DNA of 47,452 nt from assembly GCF_001194135.2 (NCBI RefSeq), contig NC_068994.1:33617828-33665279 (forward strand), written 5' to 3'. Every line of letters starts with the position of its first letter. The first letter of the stretch is position 1. The stretch comes from Octopus bimaculoides. Taxonomy: Eukaryota. Positions 1-13,140 of the stretch are shown here, in pieces. The notes beneath the pieces are model-generated. The model had not been told where the DNA came from. It worked only from the letters and a program-made list of their open reading frames with translations, and did no database searches. A program made the position numbers and the translations under genes.

Positions 1-196
1 ACACATGATCACACATACACGCATGCGCATGTATGTAGTTAGGCTACTAGATCCTTACATCTTTGGAGCCTTTGTTCCTTAATGAGACATACCCATGCAA
101 GCACACATATATACATGCATACATTCATGCATGCATACATACATACATGCATACATGCATACATACATACATACATACATACATACATACATACAC

Positions 197-609
197 GCTG
201 AACTATTGAGGAATCTTCAGCTACTCTATCCAATTTACAAGTTCAGGTTTGTACCTGTAATTATTGGAGGACTGGAATATATAATACACTACCTAAATAC
301 CAATATTGAGAAATTCAGCTCCTCAAATCCCAGAAGTTGAAAGCTGATTTGAAAGCTACAAATTCAAGCCTTTACTGGAACTGAAATATATCATTTAAGT
401 ATATATGAGCATGTGTAGATATGCGACTATATGCATGGGAATACATATATATAAAAAATGCATACAAATCTGCACATATACATAAAAAAATACATACAAT
501 AATACCCCGTTGATGTTGTTGAAAGCCCAATAAAAGAGCCTGGGATCTAGGTTAGAATCCGGCTCTAACTTTATTGGCCAGAAATCTTGAAATAAAACTA
601 AATAATGAC
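197..609 (+). mobile_element. 5'-truncated non-LTR retrotransposon 3' end, probably R4/Dong-like (restriction-like endonuclease clade)
   Basis: Translates as AELLRNLQLLYPIYKFRFVPVIIGGLEY..NIEKF..KLQIQAFTGT. This resembles the C-terminal 'L..L.....F.PV.IG.LG....L..L....LQ.....GT' pattern of REL-endonuclease elements. It is followed by a UTR-like stretch ending AATAAAACTAAATAATGA and is flanked on both sides by CATA repeats. The clade call is from memory. Confidence 0.5.
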
Positions 610-650
610 ATACATACAGAATTCATACAAGCAAAGCATTATGCAATACC

Positions 651-855
651 TTCGCATGGTCTAGTGGTCAGGGCGCTCCACTCACAATCGCAAAATCGTG
701 GTTTCAGTTCCTGTACCGGGTGGTGCGTTGTGTTGGAGACAAAACACTTCTCATCTCGCGCTGCTCTGCGATTATTCTAACACTTCACATGTAGTTCAGG
801 CAACGTCGATTTGATGGAGGCAGTGAGCTAATGTACTGCACATACATTTGATTGC
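651..855 (+). mobile_element. Degenerate tRNA-derived SINE (CORE-like body)
   Basis: A-box-like TGGTCTAGTGG and B-box-like GTTTCAGTTCC, then GTTGTGTT..AAAACACTT, matching the heads at 33231 (+) and 40398-40581 (-). Confidence 0.55.
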
Positions 856-857
856 TG

Positions 858-1159
858 TTGTTTGTTCCTTCTCGAGCCATGTCTGGCTCATAAAAGCCGG
901 TTTCCCGTTTACACTGGCGCATAATTCCCCACCTCGACGGGACGCCGGTCCGTTGCAAGTGAGCTGCTAGATGCATGATAGAGTGAGAGAAAGTTGTAGC
1001 GAAAGAGTTAGCAGAAGTTCGCTATTACCTTCTGCCAGAACCACGTGGAGCTTAGGTGTTTCGCACATAAATATGCACATCACCCGGTCTGAGATATTCG
1101 AACATGGGATCCCTCGACCGCGAGTCCGCTGCTCTAACCCCTCGGCCATGTGCCTCCAC
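858..1159 (-). mobile_element. tRNA-derived SINE
   Basis: The minus strand begins GTGGAGGCACATGGCCGAGGGGTTAGAGCAGCGGACTCGCGGTCGAGGGATCCCATGTTCGAA, i.e. A box, anticodon-like arm and B box, followed by a SINE-like body. Confidence 0.6.
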
Positions 1160-1230
1160 ATATACATTTGATTACTATACACAGTCTTTCTTGGACTACC
1201 AAAAACTACAATCATCACACTGGCTCTTAG

Positions 1231-1341
<111 letters not shown>

Positions 1342-1631
1342 TGTGTGCGCATCTGTGTGTGAGAGAGTTCGTGCGTTTGCACATGGGTTTTGCATCTGTT
1401 TACATGCCGTGTATATATAATCGTTTATGTATGCTGCATGCGTATGGGCGTATGAAACAACAGAATGGTATTATATAGATACATACACCCAAGCACATAC
1501 ACACACATGCACATACACAGAGACACACACACTCAAACACAGACATACACGTATTTATGTTAAGAGAATACCTACCATATTCCGTTATACACACATACGC
1601 ATGCATGCATAATCCATAAATACACATGTTC

Positions 1632-2629
1632 ATATAACACACATACACATATCCATACATCCCAAACACAGCCGCACATGCGTAAAAACGTACATACACG
1701 TATATATACATACAACACACACATACACATGCACAAACATATATATATATATNNNNNNNNNNATATACAGGCATACATACATACATACATGCATACATAC
1801 ATGCATACATACATGCATATTAATTATCACACACACAATCAAAAAGCTTCATTAATTATTCCGAGGTATTTACAGCTATTGAGACTGTCACAAAATAAGC
1901 AAGTATCGCTTCGTTAGATTTTCGCTATGTCCGCAATACGTTATTAATACGTTAACGAAATACCATACTGTAACCATACACAAACGAAGGGCGTCTGTAT
2001 ATGCCATTATCATTTTAGATCTCTGCAATGAGTAATATACATCCGCATCCAACGTATGTATACAATTTTGAAATATGAGCAGCTAATAGTTTCATGCTGT
2101 AGCGACACAATAAATCAGCAGATTTATATATCATTTGGTCTAATTCCTCCGAATTATTGTATTTCCACGGCACGAAACTATTGGAATCTCATATTTATAT
2201 ACTGTGTATATTGACTGACATTTTTCTCTCACTGGATGGAGTAATGCTTCTGGTGATCCTCGAAATAACGGAACATTAAACTACAAACACGCGTGCGCAC
2301 ACACATGCATACACACACACTCACGCAAATACATACACATATATAACACACATACATATATCCATACATCCCAAACACAGCCGCACATACGTAAAAACGT
2401 GCATACACGTATACAACACACACATACACGTGCACAAACACATATATATACATATATATATATGTATGTATGTATATATGTATATATACATACATACATA
2501 CATACATACAACACACATACACATGCACAAACATATATATACATATATATATATGTATGTATGTATATATGTATATATACATACATACATACATACATGC
2601 ATATTAATTATCACACACACAATCAAAAA
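1632..2629. repeat. Local duplication of a composite microsatellite block (1632-1845 and 2341-2629)
   Basis: Both copies share the non-repetitive anchors ATCCATACATCCCAAACACAGCCGCACAT-CGTAAAAACGT and CATGCATATTAATTATCACACACACAATCAAAAA. Confidence 0.85.
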
Positions 2630-3950
2630 TATGTGTGAATGTTATGTGTGTGTCCGTGTGTGTGTATGTGTGCGTGTGCGTGTGTTTGTGTGTGTAATAC
2701 GCTGTTCTAATATTGGTGGATTCAATACAGAAAGTACTCCATCTTATAAGAGATAAATGTCATTTAATATACACAGGTTTTAACTTCGGGTTACTATTGG
2801 CTTCAAACTGTGAAAACACGATGGTCGGACAAGCGTGTATAGCGTGCCAAGTGTTTCCAAGCAACCTTTAAGAGTCAAATATGCAACATGGCTGATCTTC
2901 GGAAAAGCGATAACGGAAGATTCTCTTTGAAAACAAACGTGGAAGGAGGCTGGTCTCTGGGATTAAAAAAAAAAACAGGAAGGGAGAGTAGATAGTAAAA
3001 GAAAAAGTGGAATGAGAAAAAAAAATATATATATGAAATTCGACCCTTTTGGCTGTTCGAATCAGAATGAAAACAGTTGGTGTAAATTAATTCAACAAGC
3101 TAAAAGTCAAAGTTTGTGAGAGCACATACTTATTTCGCAGTGGGTGGGGTTTTTAGGGCTGAATAACAGAAACTTATCTAGATGCTTACATTTAGTAAAC
3201 ATTTCAAACTTTTCTTATTAACCTTTAGTCAGGTGGAATTGTAGTGTCTATGACTCTTTACAAGGCCTGAGAACAGTGGATGGAAGTGGAGGAGGGGAAG
3301 GAGAAATATCCTGTATTGATTTAAAGTCACTCAGTGTATCAGGTGATGGTGTTAAACTTGGTGACATATTCGGTCTACCGGCCGTGTAGAATATGGTGGG
3401 ATTTGAACGCAAGACGCAGAGTGGAGGGGCAAATACTGCAAGGTATCCGCTTCGATTGAATAAACGAAAACTGTGTGGAAACCCTTGATGTAACAGTAGT
3501 TAAAAATACAGCCATGGCACTGACTTATCATGGGAAACAAGCAGTGATCCAGTTAGTTTAATTCATATTGTAAAATAATTTGCTTGACCGCTGTTTGGTT
3601 TTTGTTCAACGGTATTGCAGAGACAGTAACTTAACCTTATTTGCTGTGCCTGCACTACTGTCTTCAGAAACGAGGGCCTAGTCTCAAATACATTAAGTAA
3701 CTCTCCACTCATGGAAATGCAACAAATGGATGATAAGTCAGTATGTTTATTGCATCCATAGAGCTGCAGGGGATGGCAGATATTCGTTGAGTATAACCGT
3801 ACGTATCTGCCGGATAGAAAATTTACAGATTTTCTGAAGGTGTTTCTGAAGATTAAAATATAAATGTGTTAACCATTACGGTGAGAAGTTTATCTTCCGT
3901 ACGACACTGGTCTTCACGTACGCTAGTTCAGAAACAACACGACGAGACCA

Positions 3951-4012
<62 letters not shown>

Positions 4013-4722
4013 CCTGTCTACCTATCTATCAATCTATCTATCTATCTGTCTGTCTGCCTGTCTGCATGTCTGTATGTCTGTCTGTCTGATCCATTGATTA
4101 GGGTGTTCATAAAGTATTCAGAGTATACTCATGAACATAAAGTCGTACTCGCAGAGCTATTGTAGAGGAGTCTTGCCGACGATACCATGCAGTGGGACTG
4201 AATTCAGAACCATATGATTCGAAAGTAAACTATTTAGCACGCAGACTCGTCTGCGCTTATTGATAAACAAAATAATAAAAAATAAGAAGAGTAAAATGGA
4301 GGAGTGCTATGTTTTAAATATGATTAGTCATTGAGAAATAACCGACGCACACATCGAGGTTCATGTGATAAAAAAGTTATCGTCTGCTGACCTTAAAACA
4401 GTGTGTTTCTAATGCCGTTCTATTTGATGAGAAATAATTTCAACAAGGAACATCGCAGACGTATAACCATCGATGATCTACTTATTAAGATATTATTATT
4501 GCTTATTATTATATTTGAAAGTATAATCTATCATTGTGTACCGTCTACAGAAGCATTTAAATATTACGTTTATGTAGGAATTTATAACTATTATGGGATG
4601 TTGATCGGAAAATGTAACTATTATGGGATGAATTTCTATGAGAGTTAAGTACGTGTATACATACTATACACATTTGTCTGTGCGCATATATATGTATGAT
4701 ATTTATACGTTTGATGTATATA

Positions 4723-4787
<65 letters not shown>

Positions 4788-4957
4788 NNNNNNNNNNNNN
4801 NNNNNNNNNNNNNNNNNNNNNNNNNNNNNNNNNNNNNNNNNNNNNNNNNNNNNNNNNNNNNNNNNNNNNNNNNNNNNNNNNNNNNNNNNNNNNNNNNNNN
4901 NNNNNNNNNNNNNNNNNNNNNNNNNNNNNNNNNNNNNNNNNNNNNNNNNNNNNNNNN

Positions 4958-5010
<53 letters not shown>

Positions 5011-6583
5011 AATATATGATATTTATATGTTTGATATATATATATTATCTATATGGTTGATATATATATATATATATTTGCATATATATATATGGATATA
5101 TATACACACACACACATTGATATATATATATGGTACGTGCGTACATACATACATACATATATGGGGATTTGTATTTATGTATGTGTATACGTATGTATAT
5201 CGATAAGTAATATAAATATTGCAGTATGTATTTATGAGAATTATAAATGTGATTATCTTATGTATCAATGAGAGTTAAAGCTATTAGTTATTCACAAGGC
5301 TGTAAGGGTTATTACGATAGTTTAGAGTTAGGGGATCTGTTAGAAGAGACGCGCAGCTGATTAACATGTTCTACGGGTTCTAGTCCTGCTAATAGTATTG
5401 CGATGTTATCTATGACCAAGGCACTTTAACTTTCAGAAGATGGTGTTGGTGGTGGTGGTGGTTGTGGTGATGATGGTCATGGTGATGATGATGATGATGA
5501 TGATGATAACATACATGCGTATATGCACTAACTCACACGCATACCTTGCAACAAAAAGTCATTAATTCATATTTTTGCATTGTTTCTCTTTGTCTGTCTG
5601 TCTGTCTCTTTCACACATATACATACACACAGGCTTAGGCACATACACGCACCCACAGAGATGTGCCCATACACACACGCTTTGCCTCTCTTTCTCTTGC
5701 ATACGTACGCACCAATTCATCACCATACACACATGCACTAACCATTTCTTTCTCTCCGCCATACACCAACTACTTTTTAAACACACAGCTATACTAACTC
5801 CCAACTCCTCATCTCACTCTCTTTTTGTGCATTTTTTTTTTGTTCTTCACTCACACACACGCACACATACGCACATTAACTCGCACACTGATACACACAC
5901 ACACACCTCATTAAAACACGTACACACACGCAGAGACACAAACACAAACACACCAACAGGCTCACACTAACATTTACCTATACGCACACAATGACACACT
6001 AACACAAACCATCTGTTTTCAGCTACACAATGGAATGCAAGGTTGGCTAAATTTATATAGAGAACCAAAGTTGACCTAACTAGTCAATAATCCGGACGAA
6101 TAACAATCAATCAATATACTTTTGCAGGCAAACTTTGTATGGCAAAAGATGAGCTTCCGGTAAGACGAGACGGCGGCGCAGTCTCAATTTCCGGTGAAAG
6201 CCATTTCTACTCACTTACACCATTAAGGCTGTATATGCGTCACACTTAGCATTTAATCCCCCTCCCCTAGCTTGAAATATAGAATGACAGGCAGAAAATG
6301 TATTATATAGTACCAGGCAAAATGACTTGTCACTATAAAACACTTGGTCGAGTGACCTGCAAGAAATAGCAGTCAAGCTTCCCTCGAATCATATCCTACC
6401 ACCCTAAAAGTTAAAAGCAAATGTAAATAAAAGATGGCAAAGCGGACAATGTTGTGTTAGACATACTATTGCTAAATCAGCAGAAGCGCAATGAAGTATA
6501 GTTTGGGCTTCTGAAAGCTCATATCTGGGTAGAGTACATTAATGCTTGTATATCCATCCCTGACTAGTGATATCTCTGTGTGT

Positions 6584-6689
<106 letters not shown>

Positions 6690-6900
6690 ATCTTTTATCT
6701 TTTACTTGTTTCAGTTTTGACTGCGGTCATACTGGGGTACCGTCTTGAAGGGTTTCTTAGTCGAACAAGTCAACACCATGATTTATTTCTTAAAGCCAAG
6801 AGCTAATTCTATCAGTCTCTTGCCGAACCGCTAAGTCACAGGGACGTAAACACACCAACACTGGCTGTAAGCGGTGGTGGGGGATAAACACAAATACAAA
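6690..6900 (-). mobile_element. SINE family A, 3' half
   Basis: Reverse complement of the 11274-11685 tail (TACTTGTTTCAG..GACTGCGG..CCGAACCGCTAAG..GGGACGTAAACACACCA). Confidence 0.8.
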
Positions 6901-6978
6901 CATAGATATACACATACATACATACATACATACATACATACATACATACATACATACATGCATACATACATTCATACA

Positions 6979-7014
<36 letters not shown>

Positions 7015-7339
7015 TATATGTAGGTACTATTAGACCCGATATCGTTTGGAAATCGTGTTCATTCAAAGTCAGTGATCGGCTTCTGACGATACCGGTATGA
7101 CTTTGAATCTCTATAATGCTTCATAATAATGACTTTTATATCTCATAATTCCACCCCAAATCATCTAATTGTATGTATATATCTTTACTTTTCATTAAAA
7201 AAGCCTTTATTTTTTTATATTTAATGTGCATTTTTTTTTTGTTTTCTTTTTACTTTCCCCTATTTATACCACGTGTAGTCTTTTTTTTCTTTGAAACCTA
7301 TTTCCATTATATATATAACTGTTGCTGATCCCTTTATTA

Positions 7340-7382
<43 letters not shown>

Positions 7383-8005
7383 NNNNNNNNNNNNNNNNNN
7401 NNNNNNNNNNNNNNNNNNNNNNNNNNNNNNNNNNNNNNNNNNNNNNNNNNNNNNNNNNNNNNNNNNNNNNNNNNNNNNNNNNNNNNNNNNNNNNNNNNNN
7501 NNNNNNNNNNNNNNNNNNNNNNNNNNNNNNNNNNNNNNNNNNNNNNNNNNNNNNNNNNNNNNNNNNNNNNNNNNNNNNNNNNNNNNNNNNNNNNNNNNNN
7601 NNNNNNNNNNNNNNNNNNNNNNNNNNNNNNNNNNNNNNNNNNNNNNNNNNNNNNNNNNNNNNNNNNNNNNNNNNNNNNNNNNNNNNNNNNNNNNNNNNNN
7701 NNNNNNNNNNNNNNNNNNNNNNNNNNNNNNNNNNNNNNNNNNNNNNNNNNNNNNNNNNNNNNNNNNNNNNNNNNNNNNNNNNNNNNNNNNNNNNNNNNNN
7801 NNNNNNNNNNNNNNNNNNNNNNNNNNNNNNNNNNNNNNNNNNNNNNNNNNNNNNNNNNNNNNNNNNNNNNNNNNNNNNNNNNNNNNNNNNNNNNNNNNNN
7901 NNNNNNNNNNNNNNNNNNNNNNNNNNNNNNNNNNNNNNNNNNNNNNNNNNNNNNNNNNNNNNNNNNNNNNNNNNNNNNNNNNNNNNNNNNNNNNNNNNNN
8001 NNNNN

Positions 8006-8084
8006 AACTCAGAACACAAAGACAGACGAAATACTGCTAAGCATTTCGCCCGGCGTGCTAACGTTTCTGCCAGTTTGCCGCCTT
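8006..8084 (-). mobile_element. SINE family B, 5' head (rest lost in the gap)
   Basis: Reverse complement of GGCGGCAAACTGGCAGAAACGTTAGCACGCCGGGCGAAATGCTTAGC..TTCTGAGTT, matching the 33752 copy. Confidence 0.8.
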
Positions 8085-8188
8085 ATGTTTCTAGAGATAT
8101 TGTGTAAGCACAGATTACGGAACGGTCACTGCATAGTATCAATAATCAGACGCCTATTCGATCAGCGCTGACAAAAAAAAAAAAAAAC

Positions 8189-8485
8189 TGGCTCTCCGTC
8201 GGTTACGACGATCCACTTGACCCGATCAACGAAACAGTCTGCTCCAGGAATTAACTTGCAAATGGCTGAGCACTCCACAGACACGCATACCTTTAATATA
8301 GTTCTCAGGGAGATTTGGTGTGACAGAGAATGTAACAAGGCCGACCATCTTGAATTACAGGCACTGCTCATTTTTGCCAGCTGAGTGGACCGGAGCAAGA
8401 TGAAATAAAGTGTCTTACTCAAGGACACCAACGAGCCACCGGGAATCGAACTCACGATCTTACGATCGTGAGCCAAATATTCCTA
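8189..8485 (-). mobile_element. tRNA-derived SINE with CORE-like segment
   Basis: Minus strand has B box GAGTTCGATTCC followed by GTGTCCTTGAGTAAGACACTTTATTTCATCTTGCTCCGGTCCACTCAGCTGG, shared with the 33231 and 40398 copies. Confidence 0.7.
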
Positions 8486-9493
8486 TACACTAAGCTACGC
8501 TATTTCGCAGAGGTAAACAACATGGAAGTAAGAACCACAACACAGAACGACACGAAGAGTGAGACTGAAGAGACAACAGTTTCACCAGAACACGTTTGGT
8601 TTAATTCTTTAAAAGAGAACAAAACAACAACAACAACAACAACAACAGCAACAACAACAACAACAACAACAGTAGCAGCAGCAGCCATCAGTAGCAAATG
8701 AATGAGCATCTACGTGGTTGTTCGACCTGCTAAAAATAGCAATCACATTTTACTCAAAGAGCATTTTAATGTATTAATAAATGTGGTGGATAATGCATTT
8801 GTTTTTCTAGTTTCTTTCTTTTCTCCTTCTTCTTTTTTGTTGGTTTGCGGGAAGCGGTAGAGCTCATAGACTTTGTAGGTCTTCCAATGCCTGTGAGATG
8901 GACGTCATTAATGTTCCACTCAAACTATTCCAAATCAACGGCTGCTGCAAAGCCTGAAGCAAAGAGCATATTCCAGTGGGATGATGTTCTGGAGAGAAAA
9001 GGATTAGGAACGCTGGTTAATGCGAGGCCTAGTAATGGTGGGATTTGACACATTAAGAGTTTGACCAGTTGTGTGCAAGTCACTCTTATATGGCACTTTT
9101 GAGTTTCCAAACTGGTAATTACTGAGTGGGGAGAGAGAGGAGGAGGAGAGAGAAAGAGAGGGTGTGAGAAAGAGCGTGCTGGAGATCGTTATTTTTAGTT
9201 CCTGTCAACGTTGCGTTTGAGATTTTAGATGCTAGTTCAATCGCCTCCAGTCGACGAAGTTCAATCTACATGGCTTCTCGATCTGTTTGAAATAATAGCT
9301 AAATGTCCTTCAAGTCATGCTCTACTATCTTAAAAGGAAGAGACATTGGAATTATGTCCAAGATACAGTAATTTTTTTAAAGGTACAGATTTTTTAAAGT
9401 GAGTTTACATTGCTTTTGCGATTTTACATAGTGCTTATAAAGATCAGGTTATGTTCTTGAAGAGAGTGAATGATTGATGAGTCTGGAGGCTAA

Positions 9494-9900
9494 TATTCTG
9501 TCGAGTCAAAAGTTTTGCAATATCTTGGTAGTTTATTTGTATTTTTCAAGTTACCACAAAAGCAGCGTAGCATTCAGAGTAGAGACTACCACATTGCACA
9601 ATCTGAAGCTACCTTTCTGCCAGTTCTTTGATTCAATGCTGATACCAGTTCTTGTCCTTTGAGGGCGAAGAACCCCTTCACTGAGGCTTCCACCTCCTCT
9701 TCGTTGATGAAGTGTCGCCAGCGTAGGAAGTGAGTTATAGGAACGAGCAATAATCCAAGGGAGCTAAGCTAAAATAGAAACGATACATTCAGTGCCGATA
9801 CTCTTGTTGATGTGAGGCTATCGGAAATATTCATATGCAAAGGGAATATTATGGGTTCGTTGATGATAAAATTTGGAAGAGATTTGCCAAGTGTGTGAGA
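9494..9900 (-). mobile_element. Mariner transposase relic (C-terminus plus one degenerate TIR)
   Basis: Minus strand across frameshifts and stops: SLAPLDY (9750-9770, the decayed YSPDLAPSDY motif), HFLRWRHFINEEEVEASVKGFFA, KDKNWYQH*IKELAER*LQIV. A TA-TTCTGTCGAGTCAAAAGTTTTGC terminus lies at 9494. The upstream boundary is approximate. Confidence 0.8.
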
Positions 9901-10519
9901 CGTAGAGCGCGCTGCAAAAAATGGAGATTTTTTTTCAATAGAGTATTATTCGCAGAGACATCGTTATTCAGAAGTGGAAGGAAACAGAATTACCCAAGGT
10001 ATCTGAATGGCTGGCTGTAGACTGGGAAGTAAGAAAGCTTGAGGGTTGTACGGTGCACGAAGGCATCTTTTGCAGTTCGGTTAGGGGTGTTGCAAGTGTT
10101 ACAAGCTGGGTAAATACTGCTCGGTTTGGGAAAGAAGGGGGAATACTTCTGATGTTATAGGCCTTGCTTATTTGTCTGGACAGCTGTTATGAACCTATGA
10201 AGGAACTGTTAGGCGGGCATGAGATACTAAGCTTTTGCTGTGTGAAAGATGTGAAGGACTATGCCCAAAAGGATAAATATGTGCACATAGGAACAAACAG
10301 AATGCACGTGCTAGGCTGATCTCGATCTCAACAGCTACAACGGCCAACAAGGAATCTTCCACGCCATTGGTCGACCTGTTAGAAATAGCAGCTAAATGTT
10401 CCTTAAATCATACCCATATGTAGTCCTATATACGCTGCGGCTGAAAAAGGTAGGATGGTCAAGATTAGAGCGCCTTTGATGATAAGTTTCTCACCAGTCA
10501 GCAACGTTTAATCTACGTG

Positions 10520-10620
10520 ATCGCTCGAACTGTTAGAAATAATGATCAGTTATCTCTCAAATCACATCCAATTCTCTTAAAAAGAGGGTACCTTCAAATT
10601 ATGTAGTCCTAGATACACTA
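10520..10620 (+). repeat. Dispersed repeat family D, representative copy
   Basis: The motif CGA(C/A)CTG(C/T)TAGAAATAGCAGC-AAAT..TCAAATCA..GTAGTCCTAGATACAC recurs near 6345, 8720, 9280, 10370, 10520 and 31150 (-). Confidence 0.65.
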
Positions 10621-10706
10621 ACTCTAAAGCAAAAACACAGGATAATCAAGACTGGAATATTTTTGGTCAGAAATCGCCTTGGGCTAAACAACAAAAGCAT
10701 TTCTAA

Positions 10707-10868
10707 CGTTGCCGTGTGGTAAGGAACTTTCTTCCCAACCACATGGTTCCGGGTTCAGTCGCATTATGTGGCACTTTGGGCAAATTTCTTCTACTATAGC
10801 CTCGGGCCGACCAAAGCCTTGTGAGTGGATTTGGTAGACAGAAATTGAAAGAAGCCCGTAGTATATGC

Positions 10869-10918
<50 letters not shown>

Positions 10919-11156
10919 ATATGTCTTTGTGTCTGTGTTCTCCCCTACCATCATGGCTTAGCAACTGATGTTGGTGAGATTAAGTCCTTGTAACTTAGCG
11001 GCTCGGCAAAATACATCGATAGAATAAGCACTGGGCTTACAAAGACTAAGTCCAGGGGTCGATTATTTCTTCGACTAAAAACCTTATAAGGCAGTGCTCC
11101 AGCATGGCTGCAGTCAAATGACTGAAACAAGTAAAATGATAAAAGAATAAAAGAAT
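10707..11156 (+). mobile_element. SINE family A, near full length
   Basis: tRNA-like head (CCGTGTGGTAAG..GGGTTCAGTC), CORE-like GCACTTTGGGCAAA, internal (TG)n, and a tail ending CAGTCAAATGACTGAAACAAGTAAAA with AAAAGAAT repeats. Confidence 0.9.
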
Positions 11157-11273
11157 TACACGAGGTCATCTTGTACATGCTAGTAATAGCATTCAAATCA
11201 CCCTCAAATGACACTCTAGCATCTGGGAAGGGGAAGGGCACATAAAAAAAACAAAAAACAGAAAACTGAACTA

Positions 11274-11685
11274 TAGGCTGTGTGGTAAGTAGCTTGCTTA
11301 CCAACCACATGGTTCCGGGTTCAGTCCCACTGCGTGGCACCTTGGGCAGGTGTCTTCTACTATAGCCTCGGGCCGACCAAAGCCTTGAGTGGATTTGGTA
11401 GACGGAAACTGAAAGAAGCCCGTCGTATATATGTATTTATATGTGTATGTGTGTGTGTGTGTATGTTTGTGTGTCTGTGTTTGTCCCCCCAACATCGCTT
11501 GACAACCGATGCTGGTGTGTTTACGTCCCCGTGATCTAGCGGTTCAGCAAAAAGAGACCTATAGAATAAGTACTAGGCTTACAAAGAATAAGTCTTGGTG
11601 TCGATTTGCTCGACTAAAAGTAGTGCCCCAGCATGGCCGCAGTCAAATGACTGAAACAAGTAAAATAGCAAAAGAGTAAAAGAGA
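11274..11685 (+). mobile_element. SINE family A, near full length
   Basis: Same architecture as 10707, immediately downstream; collinear and highly similar by eye. Confidence 0.92.
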
Positions 11686-11739
11686 CTGCGTCTGGATCAC
11701 GTTTCACCATTAATCTAATCGCTTAAGGCAGACCTGGGG

Positions 11740-13140
11740 TTAAACAACAACAACAACAACAACAACACCAGCTTTTTTAACACAGTAATATCGTCACTGC
11801 CGACACCACCACAAAGACCTTCCAGCCCACAACAACTCACTACCACCACTTCCACCACCACCACCACCACCACCACCACCACCAGCAACATCGTCATCAT
11901 CATCATCATCTTCAACTACGATAACAACAACAACATGAAGCAAGCAATATTATCACGGCTGATTATCATCTGTAAAACTCCCACCACCAAAATATTTTAA
12001 GACTACCACCACTACCACTACCACCACCACTACTACCACCACTACCACTACCACCAGCAACAAGAAGAAACAAGCAAGCAATGCCATCACAGCCGATACG
12101 ATAACCAAAACCCTCACCCCCACCGAATACAACACCCCGCTATTCCCCTCTACCCACCGCCAACAACACCGGCAATAACAAAATCATGGTACCATAATTT
12201 CCAATCAATTTTCTCCCACCCGTTTCTTTTGATTTAAATTTTGAGGACTTAAAAGTGGACGGGTGGAAAGGAGTAGGGTGAGAGAGAGAGAGAAAGAGAG
12301 ATAGAGAGAGAGAGAGAGATAAAAGGAAAATGTGCGGAGGGGTGAGGGAGATGAAAAAGAAGGGGGAGGAGAGAAAGTCAAATGAATGGAAATGAATAAG
12401 GGGTGGGGGGATATATACAAAAAAAGAGAGAAAAGTGGTGTTAGTAATGGTGATGGTGGNNNNNNNNNNNNNNNNNNNNNNNNNNNNNNNNNNNNNNNNN
12501 NNNNNNNNNNNNNNNNNNNNNNNNNNNNNNNNNNNNNNNNNNNNNNNNNNNNNNNNNNNNNNNNNNNNNNNNNNNNNNNNNNNNNNNNNNNTGTAGGTAG
12601 GGTTGTGGTGGTGGTGGAGGTGAAGGTGGTAGTTATGGTGGTGGTATTGGTGTTTAATGTATTGGTAGCAATAAAGTTTGGTGGTAGCAATGTTGGTGGT
12701 GTCGGCGACCATAGTGCTGGTGGTGGTATTGAGGGAGGTTGTAGTGGTGTTAGAGGTAGTGGTAGTGGTAATGGTGGTGGTGGTGGTGGTAGAAGTAGTG
12801 ATGGTGGTGGTTGTGGCGATGTTTGAGATAGTGTCGGTGGCAATAGAGTTTGGTAATAGGAATGGCTGTAGTGGTATTGCTGTGGTGGTAGTGGTGGTGA
12901 GGGTGGTGATTAGTGGTGGTAATATTGTTGGTGTAACAGTGCTTGGTGGTTATTGTGGTAGTGATGGCGATGATAGGTTATTGGTGGTGGTAGTGGTGGT
13001 GGTAGTGGTGGTGGTAGTGGTGGTGGTAGTGGCGGTGATGGTGGTTGTAGTAATAGTAATGGTGTAACAGCGTTTTGCGCTGATGATGGTTATGATATTA
13101 GATTGGTGGTGGTGGTGGTGGTGGTAATGTTGATGAGTAA
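11740..13140. repeat. Compound trinucleotide low-complexity region: (CAA)n, (CAC)n, (CAT)n, GA-rich, then (GGT)n
   Basis: Read directly; it accounts for the poly-V, poly-T and poly-P ORFs. Confidence 0.9.

Noticed and set aside
4585-4630. 16-bp direct repeat TAACTATTATGGGATG at 30-bp spacing
   Set aside because: There are only two units, consistent with a simple local duplication, and nothing suggests function.
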